Shown here piece after piece: positions 30,011 through 37,824 of a stretch of 64,000 nt of DNA; position 1 is the stretch's first letter; every line of letters starts with the position of its first letter. A program made the position numbers and the translations under genes. Under the pieces are notes generated by a model. The model was not told the origin of the DNA. It made no database searches and worked only from the letters and a program-made list of their open reading frames with translations. The DNA is taken from positions 32,262 to 96,261 of the IMG/VR virus record IMGVR_UViG_3300050821_017626; one strand, written 5' to 3'. Source of the DNA: a virus.

Positions 30011-30454
30011 ATGAATCTGCAACCTCACGACCTCCATCTCGTCTTCAATCCCAAGACGAACCATCTGGCCATCTGGGACGCCAACCACCATCAGGTGCTA
30101 GCATGCGAGGCGCACAACCGAACGGTGGCTGATGGGCAGTTGGGTCATTTTGGCAATTGTCCCGCTGGGGAGTTCTTGCTAGGAGAACCAATAGTCAAGA
30201 ATACGGTTCCTTTTGGGCCTTTCTTTATTCCAGTCCTTGACTATCTCAACCACCATACGATGCGAGACTTTCATCGGGAAGGGATTGGTATCCATGGGGG
30301 CGGAAGCGGGCTGCCCCATCCCTTCATGGGGCGACAAGGCTGGGTCGAGACCGAGGGCTGCATCCGGGTTCAAAACGTAGACTTAGGATCAATTGTAACG
30401 TTGGTCAGAATAGCGCAGAAGAAAACCGGAAAGTGTTACTTGACGGTTATTTGA
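30011..30454 (+). CDS. L,D-transpeptidase (YkuD) family protein, candidate lysis enzyme
   Basis: CPAGEF...FGPFFI...IGIHGGG...TEGCIRV with catalytic His and Cys. Confidence 0.85.
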   Translation: MNLQPHDLHLVFNPKTNHLAIWDANHHQVLACEAHNRTVADGQLGHFGNCPAGEFLLGEPIVKNTVPFGPFFIPVLDYLNHHTMRDFHREGIGIHGGGSGLPHPFMGRQGWVETEGCIRVQNVDLGSIVTLVRIAQKKTGKCYLTVI

Positions 30455-30484
30455 TGGGCACTTGATTCTGGAGGCTAAACCACC

Positions 30485-30922
30485 GTGTCTTTATTTGACG
30501 GTCTGATCAAAGATGTTCTCCCTTCCCTGGAAAAGGATGCCGCCGGTTCCTTGCTGAAGAACCTGGAATCCGTTGGCGAGGGGATTGCTCTGCACCGCGT
30601 GTCCGCCGAGGTTGCTCACATCGTGTTGAAATCGATTGACGGTGTAGTCGCGGCTGCGGTGAAAACTCTTTCTGCCGAAGAGGCAACGAAGATCGGTGAT
30701 GCCTATCTGGCCGAGATCGACACGCAGGTCATCAACCTGGGTGAAGCGCTGGCGCATTACATTCCGCTCCAGGCCGAGGTGGAGTTTGCTAAGCGAATCC
30801 ATGGCAACAATTCGGCCGAGGCGAATGCAGCGCGAGCGGCCCGGCAGGTGGGGATAGACCTTATTCGGAAAGACATAGATCAGGCGTTCGGAGAACTTAT
30901 TGGTAAACATTCGTCCGCCTGA
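30485..30922 (+). CDS. Helical hypothetical protein, possibly lysis-associated
   Basis: GGAGG RBS; its 3' end is duplicated at 36931-36966. Confidence 0.7.
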   Translation: MSLFDGLIKDVLPSLEKDAAGSLLKNLESVGEGIALHRVSAEVAHIVLKSIDGVVAAAVKTLSAEEATKIGDAYLAEIDTQVINLGEALAHYIPLQAEVEFAKRIHGNNSAEANAARAARQVGIDLIRKDIDQAFGELIGKHSSA

Positions 30923-30967
30923 GATGAGCCCCGTTGAGCGTTCGTTGAATGACACAGGAGATCCGCC

Positions 30968-31951
30968 GTGAACCTGCAATTGCATAAGGGAACTACTAGC
31001 AAGATCAGAAGGTTTTTTATCAAGAATAGCTCGGTCACGACGGGAGCAGGGCTCACGGGTCTCGTTTATAACAGTTCTAACCTGATTGCGTATTACATCC
31101 GTGAAGGAGACGCCACGGCAACGGCGATCACTCTTGCAGCCGGCACGGTTGGCACCTGGAGCAGCGGCGGCTTCAAGGAGGTGGATGCAACCCATCTTCC
31201 CGGCGTTTACGAATTGGGGCTGCCGGATGCGGCGCTGCTGACCGGAGCAAATAGCGTTTTAGTGATGCTCTCGGGCGCGACGAACATGACGCCCGCATGG
31301 GAAGAGATCCAGTTGACGGATACGGACGTGAACGACGCGCAGCATTTCGGGTTAACGGGTCTGCCGAGCCTGGGCACGGACAGCCGCGTCCTCGTCTCTG
31401 GGGATGCTCATACGGCCGGGGTTTCGGTGACAGTGGGGATCAACAACGACAAACTGAATTACGGCCTCTCGATGCTGGAAAGCCTGGTGGTGCAGAGCGG
31501 CATGGCGCAGGGCGCGACTGCCACAACGCTGACCTTGGGAGGCCATCCGAGCGCGATCAACGATGAATACAAGCGGAACGTGGTCCGCATTTATTCCGGC
31601 ACCGGAGCTGGACAAGCGCGCACCTTTACGGCCTATGATGGTTCGACCGGCACTGGCACCGTGAATAGTCCGTGGGTGACCGTTCCCGATACCACTTCGA
31701 TCTACGCGGTTATGGCGTTCGATACCGGGGCGCTGGATCTCACCGCCACGGCTTTTGGCGAGCCGACGACGGCACCTCCGGTCAACGCTTCCCTGAAAGA
31801 CAAGATTGGCTGGCTGTATACGCTGGCGCGCAATAAGGTGACCCAGACTTCCCAACTGCAGTCGGTGCGCAACGATGCCGATACGACGAGCATCTCCACG
31901 GCAGCGGTGGGCGATGATAATACAACGTTTACGCGCAATCGCTGGAGTTAG
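30968..31951 (+). CDS. Conserved phage structural protein
   Basis: TTGAGLTGLVYNS...SSGGFKEVDAT..PGVYEL motif recalled from uncharacterised virion proteins. Confidence 0.7.
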   Translation: MNLQLHKGTTSKIRRFFIKNSSVTTGAGLTGLVYNSSNLIAYYIREGDATATAITLAAGTVGTWSSGGFKEVDATHLPGVYELGLPDAALLTGANSVLVMLSGATNMTPAWEEIQLTDTDVNDAQHFGLTGLPSLGTDSRVLVSGDAHTAGVSVTVGINNDKLNYGLSMLESLVVQSGMAQGATATTLTLGGHPSAINDEYKRNVVRIYSGTGAGQARTFTAYDGSTGTGTVNSPWVTVPDTTSIYAVMAFDTGALDLTATAFGEPTTAPPVNASLKDKIGWLYTLARNKVTQTSQLQSVRNDADTTSISTAAVGDDNTTFTRNRWS

Positions 31952-31953
31952 CG

Positions 31954-32301
31954 ATGTTGAACAATCGCAACAACCGGGCCAGCGCCGTGCAGGTAGGACT
32001 TCCCTACCGCATGGCGCTGCCGTTTCCCGCCGGGGTAATCAACCGCACCCAGCGACAATTTCTCGGCAGCGCCTACGCAGGGATCGTGGTGACCGCTACT
32101 CCCTTTGTGGCCCGCGACGAGCGGTTGAGCACCTTGCAGTTGACCCTTCCTTACCGCATGGTTCTCCCTTTTCCCTCGGGGACGATTGCGGCTCCACAGC
32201 GCCAATGCCTGGGGGCTGCTATTTCTATGATCCCCACTCCTCCGCCGATCACCCCGCCACTTGGACCGCTCGTCAACTATAAGGCGACGGTCGATGGCTG
32301 A
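31954..32301 (+). CDS. Small structural protein with a duplicated LPYRMxLPFPxG..I...QRQ.LG unit
   Basis: Internal repeat visible in the translation. Confidence 0.65.
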   Translation: MLNNRNNRASAVQVGLPYRMALPFPAGVINRTQRQFLGSAYAGIVVTATPFVARDERLSTLQLTLPYRMVLPFPSGTIAAPQRQCLGAAISMIPTPPPITPPLGPLVNYKATVDG

Positions 32302-32677
32302 TTTCACTGATTTTAGTATTACCCTTACCAGGGGAGACACCCGCCGGTTCCGCTTCACGGTCAAAGATCCCTCGACCGGGGCCTTGGCGGATATCACGAC
32401 GTGGCAAAAATTCTGGGTGACCGCTCGCTACAATACCTGGGACAGCAACGCCGCGCCGGTCTTTGTGCTAACCAGTGACAGCCAGGGATTGGCGCTGATT
32501 GATCCGGTGAACGGCCTGGTCGAGGGCACGCTTTCCCCCACTCATACTGCCGGGCTCACTTCACAGGAGTGGATCTTATACGGAGATATTCAGGGTAAAG
32601 ATGGCGCCGGCAATATCTGGACTATTTCCAGGGGCCACTTTATCGTTTTGCCGGATGTGACTTTCGTTACCAGTTGA
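32294..32677 (+). CDS. BppU-N-like Ig-fold structural protein
   Basis: LTRGDT..F.FTVKD...DIT...G.V...LSP..TA.L...YGDIQ...G.F.V.PDVT. Confidence 0.65.
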   Translation: MADFTDFSITLTRGDTRRFRFTVKDPSTGALADITTWQKFWVTARYNTWDSNAAPVFVLTSDSQGLALIDPVNGLVEGTLSPTHTAGLTSQEWILYGDIQGKDGAGNIWTISRGHFIVLPDVTFVTS

Positions 32678-32688
32678 GGGTGATACGG

Positions 32689-35600
32689 ATGGTTTCAAAG
32701 ATCAGGGCATTGTTGGTCATCATTCTTTTGACGTTTTTTGTCAGCGGCGCAGCCGGGGCTTATACGCCCTTTTATGAGATGACAGCCCCCACGCGGCTGG
32801 GTTCGATGACCAGTCTTCTGGGGGGCCATGTCGATACCGGGACGGGGGCCTTTTGCTATCGGAATCATCTTTCCACCGTTTTGGGATACATCAATCTCAA
32901 CTCGGATATCATTTTCAATTCTCAAGACCGCAGCGCCGGGCCTTTTGGTATCGGGACCTCTACCAGCTATGATTGGTTTGTGGTTAAGTCCGTGCTCTGG
33001 CCGGGGCAGCCGTGGGTCTTGATTGGTCCTGGAAACCGTCACTTCATTTTCGACCAGGGAGGGAGCGGCAACTTTGTTGATCCTCGGGACGCCCAATTTC
33101 TGGGGGCTTCGCTTTCTTTCAACGGTCCCCCCTCCGGTAGATTGTGTACCCTGACTTTCAAGAACTGGGAGCGTTGGGAGTTTGATCTTTCGGGGGGCCT
33201 AGTCACAATCCACACCCATTGGACGGATTATGGCTGGAACACGATAAACATCACCCGCAACGCAAACGGTTTTCCCGTCGACATCACCCAATCGACCAGC
33301 CCCACCTGGCGAGGGATCGAATATACCTATGGGGGCTCGCCGCTCACGTGTACCAACGTCACGAACTGGTATAATTGGGTCTCGAACGCCAGCCCTGGAA
33401 TTACCAGGCCATGGAACTTCACTTATAGTGGGGGCAATACCCAGATTGCGACGATTTCTGATCCGGCTAATCGGATCTCGCGCCTCAATTGGACTGGCTA
33501 TACTCGCTCCGACGGAGCGCTGCTGCCCCTCATCAGCAGCATGGTGGATAACCGGGGCAACACTGCGGTATCGATTACCTATGATTCCTCAGGGAGAGTG
33601 ACGAATACCACCCTTCCAGTGAGTGGCTCGCTGGCTTTCAGTTATTCCGCTCCGCTTGGCAGTGATGGCTATACCCAAATTGTTCAGGCGAACGGCGACA
33701 CCAAACGAAATAACTTTCAATGGTTAACGGCACATCACGGCTATTTGATTACTTCCACGACGGATGTCACGCTGGGTGAAACGACGACGATTGAGCACAG
33801 TGCTGTTTCGAGCGTTTATCCGACGATCACGACTTATCTCCCCTCGGCGGTGGTTGATTATTTAGGACATCGCTCCACCGTGTCCTGGGATACAAAGCTC
33901 GGCAATCTGTTATCGATGACTTATCCGGCCCCCACGGGAGGCACGGCGACCCTAAGTTATCAGTATGATGCGGTCTACAATGAAGTTGCCGTTAGTACTG
34001 ATCCACTCGGAAATCGGTCCACCAGAGTTATTAATCCGCATACGGGCGACGTGACCAGCACGACCGACCCGTTGGGGAATGTGACCTCCCATACGTATAA
34101 TTCAGCGGGAGCCTGCTTGTCAACCACGGACCCCTTGGGCTATACAACCTCCTATAGTTTTGATACAAACGGGGTCCTCGTCTCTACTGTCGACGCGCTG
34201 AATCATACCACTTCCTACACGCGGGATGTTCTCGGTCAGTTGACGAATACCACTGATGCTTTGGGGCGCATGATATCCTTTGTCTATAATCCGTCGGGGA
34301 CGATCCAGAGTAAGACGGCCTTGTATGGCCCTAACCCAATCACTGAGTCCTCCACGTACGATGCCAACGATAATCGGATCTCGTCAACGAGCCCCAACGG
34401 CACGGTTTGGTCTTATTCCTACGATTCTGCCAACCGAATGGTCCAGTCCACTGACCCTCTGGGGAATAGCAAGCACTGGATATATAACCCCGATAACACA
34501 CAAGCAAGTTATCAGGACGCTATTGGTCAGCGGTTCGAGAACACTTACGATAGTGCGGGGAGATTGACGCTACAAAACTTTAAATTGGGTAATGGGAGTA
34601 TTGAGTCGAGTATCACCTATACCTATGACCCCACAACCCATTTGGTGAGTAGTTACACAGATAGCGCGATTGGTTCGCCCACCAGCCTGACCAGAGATAG
34701 CTTCCTTGAAAACACCAGTGTCGTGCAGCCGTATGGCACCATTGGTCAGACGTACGATATCCTGGGAAGAGCGTTAACGAAGACGGTAACGGGACAGGCG
34801 GGAGTTACCTATCATTATAACTCGCTCGGGCAGATGGATACGGAGACCCAAAACGGACAGACAACCACCTTTTTATACGACAAGGTAGGACGACTGATTC
34901 AGCAGAATTTCCCCAATGGGGTCATCAACAAGCGAACCCTCGATGGCAATGGGAGGGTTATCCGGGCGACTTCCACCAGTGGTGCTTCGACGATTAGCGA
35001 TACGGTCTACACCAGAGACGCGGCGGGAAACATTAGTACCTCCCAAGAAAACGGCGGGGCGGTTTTCGCTTATTCGTATGACTATGCTAACCGGCTAACG
35101 CAGATATCCCAGGTTGGCGATTCTCGGGGGGATGGATATCCAAGTTATGGCTTTCAGTATGACGTAGTAGGCAACAAGGTGAAGGATTTCAGTAATCCTC
35201 CCGGAGTTCAATACAGCAGCAATCTCTATTCTTACGATTCCGCGAATAATCTGGTCGCCATTAACGGTTTCGGCGTTTATAATGATGCGAACGGGAATCC
35301 CTATCAAGCGCAGAATAGATTTGGTGGTAGTTTTATCGCTAATTACACCTGGGATGTCAGGGGAAGACTGGTTGCCTTTAGCTATGGTTCCCAGGTTTAT
35401 AGCTTCAAATATTTTTCCAGCGACATCCCTGCACAACAAGTAATAAACGGGACAACGACCAATTTTGTGAGAACGGGCAGTGATATTTTAGCGGACATTA
35501 CCAACGGGATCACAACGACCACTCTCAACAGCCCGGTTTTTGGTCAGCCGCTGAACCGGGGCGGCATGTGGCAGTCGACCAATGGAACGGGAAGCACGAA

Positions 35601-36531
35601 GGCGACAACGAATGGCAGTGGGTCAGTTGTCAATACTTATACCTATACTCCTACGGGGGTGTCTACCCAGTTAGGAAATGGTTCTGGAACGCCCTTTCAG
35701 TTCAATCGAACCTACAATACCGGCGCGACTGGAGTCTATCAGTCTGGGTCAAGAATCTACGATCCAACCACTGGCAACCTTTTGGGGAGGCCAGGTGGTG
35801 TTCCCCATTCCCAGGGAACGCCTTCTGTTCCCAACCCAATGGCGAGCGTCCAAGGATGGAACCCGCCTAGTCGAAAATTGGTAAATCGCGTCCTGGGAAT
35901 GATAGGCTCAACGGTACTTTTAGGAGCAGCCGGAGATTTCCCAGAAGTTAACTCCGTAGGCGGAGTGAATGCGCCTGACATAACTATCGCTCCCTCAAGA
36001 GCGCCAACGACTGTCAGTGTAGCTGGCCGTAGTGTAACTTTACCTCCATCCAATAGAACTATCCTGCCATTGCCGGCGCCGCCGCCCCCTCCTGCCGGTC
36101 CTCACTATGGGTTGGGATTGAGCAATGCAGGGGTGGATGCGATGGAGCATGGGTGGGGTGGACTGGATGATTTCCGGGCACAAGTGGGCGGATGGTCGCC
36201 CGGCAGCCGGGGAGGACCGTGGACGATCCCGACGAATTTGGCTGGCGCAGGAAAGATTAGCTTTGAACTGGCGGGTCTTAACTGGCAGACGGCGGTCTTA
36301 GCGGATGAAGATATAATGTTTTCCAATAATGTGACGAATGTTGAGTTCCAGATGTCTATTTCCCCTTCCATGTGGGATCGGGTTGAGTGGTACCTTTATG
36401 GGGTCAGAGTTGATAATCCGTTTGCGATGAGCCCTATTCCCACGTCACAAGCAACTCCTCCCCCCGGATATGCCGGTGGACCGGGAAGTGATCCGTGGGG
36501 CAACTATCCGAGCGGGCCAGGAACCGAGTGA
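32689..36531 (+). CDS. RHS/YD-repeat protein with signal peptide and putative C-terminal toxin-like domain
   Basis: N-terminal hydrophobic signal; DUF6531-like VDTGTG...GPFG; many TDPLG..T.Y.YD repeats; core end TGVYQSGSRIYDPTTG; Pro linker then C-terminal domain. Confidence 0.9.
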   Translation: MVSKIRALLVIILLTFFVSGAAGAYTPFYEMTAPTRLGSMTSLLGGHVDTGTGAFCYRNHLSTVLGYINLNSDIIFNSQDRSAGPFGIGTSTSYDWFVVKSVLWPGQPWVLIGPGNRHFIFDQGGSGNFVDPRDAQFLGASLSFNGPPSGRLCTLTFKNWERWEFDLSGGLVTIHTHWTDYGWNTINITRNANGFPVDITQSTSPTWRGIEYTYGGSPLTCTNVTNWYNWVSNASPGITRPWNFTYSGGNTQIATISDPANRISRLNWTGYTRSDGALLPLISSMVDNRGNTAVSITYDSSGRVTNTTLPVSGSLAFSYSAPLGSDGYTQIVQANGDTKRNNFQWLTAHHGYLITSTTDVTLGETTTIEHSAVSSVYPTITTYLPSAVVDYLGHRSTVSWDTKLGNLLSMTYPAPTGGTATLSYQYDAVYNEVAVSTDPLGNRSTRVINPHTGDVTSTTDPLGNVTSHTYNSAGACLSTTDPLGYTTSYSFDTNGVLVSTVDALNHTTSYTRDVLGQLTNTTDALGRMISFVYNPSGTIQSKTALYGPNPITESSTYDANDNRISSTSPNGTVWSYSYDSANRMVQSTDPLGNSKHWIYNPDNTQASYQDAIGQRFENTYDSAGRLTLQNFKLGNGSIESSITYTYDPTTHLVSSYTDSAIGSPTSLTRDSFLENTSVVQPYGTIGQTYDILGRALTKTVTGQAGVTYHYNSLGQMDTETQNGQTTTFLYDKVGRLIQQNFPNGVINKRTLDGNGRVIRATSTSGASTISDTVYTRDAAGNISTSQENGGAVFAYSYDYANRLTQISQVGDSRGDGYPSYGFQYDVVGNKVKDFSNPPGVQYSSNLYSYDSANNLVAINGFGVYNDANGNPYQAQNRFGGSFIANYTWDVRGRLVAFSYGSQVYSFKYFSSDIPAQQVINGTTTNFVRTGSDILADITNGITTTTLNSPVFGQPLNRGGMWQSTNGTGSTKATTNGSGSVVNTYTYTPTGVSTQLGNGSGTPFQFNRTYNTGATGVYQSGSRIYDPTTGNLLGRPGGVPHSQGTPSVPNPMASVQGWNPPSRKLVNRVLGMIGSTVLLGAAGDFPEVNSVGGVNAPDITIAPSRAPTTVSVAGRSVTLPPSNRTILPLPAPPPPPAGPHYGLGLSNAGVDAMEHGWGGLDDFRAQVGGWSPGSRGGPWTIPTNLAGAGKISFELAGLNWQTAVLADEDIMFSNNVTNVEFQMSISPSMWDRVEWYLYGVRVDNPFAMSPIPTSQATPPPGYAGGPGSDPWGNYPSGPGTE

Positions 36532-36580
36532 CGAAGGAAGATTGTTTCTTACCGGAGAACCTCCTGAATGGAGGTATGTC

Positions 36581-36883
36581 ATGACTATCGAAACGATTGG
36601 AGACCTGAAAGCGGCGCTGGCAGCATTCCCGGATGACTGGGAGGTGTTGATCCTCAATTTGAACACGCCCATCGGGCACCACATCTACACCTTGGGGGAA
36701 CTGAGGCAAGCCCATGTGGATGCACCCATAGTGCTGCTTCCTGTGGGGCCGGAACTGCAGGAAAGCATGCAGCGGGACCTGGATATTTATGATCGGGCCG
36801 TGAAGCATGGAATGTGCAGCCCAGAAGAGGCGTTCGATATGAAGCGACGGATCAGGGCAGGAGAGTTCCACAGAGAACGGTAA
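36581..36883 (+). CDS. Hypothetical protein (TIGDLKAAL family) in the position an immunity gene would occupy
   Basis: GGAGG RBS; N-terminus resembles 12208-12408. Confidence 0.6.
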   Translation: MTIETIGDLKAALAAFPDDWEVLILNLNTPIGHHIYTLGELRQAHVDAPIVLLPVGPELQESMQRDLDIYDRAVKHGMCSPEEAFDMKRRIRAGEFHRER

Positions 36884-36930
36884 GCAACGGCGAGGGTTGG
36901 CGCCATTTCTTTGCGCCAGCCCTCGATAAT

Positions 36931-36966
36931 AGATGTAGACCAGGCGTTTGGAGAACTTATTGGAAA
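36931..36966 (+). repeat. Diverged direct repeat of 30871-30906 (relic gene end)
   Basis: 31/36 identity; encodes DVDQAFGELIGK versus DIDQAFGELIGK. Confidence 0.8.
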
Positions 36967-36993
36967 GAATGCGCAGTCCCTAATAACTGGCCA

Positions 36994-37013
36994 TTGACAG
37001 ATCGGTATATAAT
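36994..37013 (+). promoter_or_regulatory. Short-spaced promoter TTGACA-N8-TATAAT
   Basis: Upstream of the ndk-capsid operon. Confidence 0.6.
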
Positions 37014-37061
37014 ATTAGTAGGGCTAATAGACTGATTTCCCCGTTTTCCCGAGACACCCCC

Positions 37062-37544
37062 ATGGCTATTGAGCGCTCTTTCAATTTAATCAAGCCCTTG
37101 GGGGTCGAGCGCAACCTTGTAGGCTACATCATCAAGAAGTTTTCCATGAAGGGCCTGCAGTTGACGGGCCTGAAAATGGTGCAGCCAACGCGGGAAATTG
37201 TCGCCCAGAACTACATCGATAACAAGGACGAGCCTTTTTACAACGATCTGGTGGATTACGTCTCCAGCGGCCCCGTGGTGTGCATGATCTGGACCGGGGA
37301 GAATGCGGTCGAGTCGGCCCGCCAGGTAGTTGGCGACAAGAATCCCCTGAAGAGTGATGTTGGCTCCATTCGTGGCTCCGTGGATAATAGCGCCGTCAAG
37401 AATGTTATTCACGGCGCTAGGACGCCGGAGGAAGCGGAGCGAGAAATATTGCTCTGGTTTGGGTCAGTTGGTCCACCCCCGCTTTACGAAGCAATGCCTG
37501 CTGCAGTCGCTGAAGCTTTCCCGCAGTCGATTAAACCTTCTTGA
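37062..37544 (+). CDS. ndk: Nucleoside diphosphate kinase
   Basis: ERSFNLIKP, PFY, SGPVV, SIRG, NVIHG (catalytic His), EREI..WF. Confidence 0.96.
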   Translation: MAIERSFNLIKPLGVERNLVGYIIKKFSMKGLQLTGLKMVQPTREIVAQNYIDNKDEPFYNDLVDYVSSGPVVCMIWTGENAVESARQVVGDKNPLKSDVGSIRGSVDNSAVKNVIHGARTPEEAEREILLWFGSVGPPPLYEAMPAAVAEAFPQSIKPS

Positions 37545-37553
37545 GGTGTCCCC

Positions 37554-37820
37554 ATGGCAGACGATTTTGGTATGTCGGTTAACCCGGTGCTGGCGATGAG
37601 TATGCCTTCGGAGACTACCCCGAATGACGGATTCGTGAGCAACATTGGTCCCGAAAATCCATGCTACGGCCCTACGGCGCGTCAACCGGAGCACCTCGGG
37701 GAGCCCTTTATTGGCGCTTCCGGTCTGCCAATCCCGCCGTCGCTTCCTATCCACGCAGTTGATCCGTTTCGGTTGACGCATGGGGCGCCGGATTACGATA
37801 TTCATTGGGATCGTGGCTAA
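37554..37820 (+). CDS. Pro-rich hypothetical protein
   Basis: GAGG RBS; lies between ndk and the capsid polyprotein. Confidence 0.65.
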   Translation: MADDFGMSVNPVLAMSMPSETTPNDGFVSNIGPENPCYGPTARQPEHLGEPFIGASGLPIPPSLPIHAVDPFRLTHGAPDYDIHWDRG

Positions 37821-37824
37821 TCGA

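Noticed and set aside
36581-36883. RHS immunity gene
   Set aside because: Position fits, but the N-terminus matches a generic phage family also seen at 12208-12408; not supported as immunity
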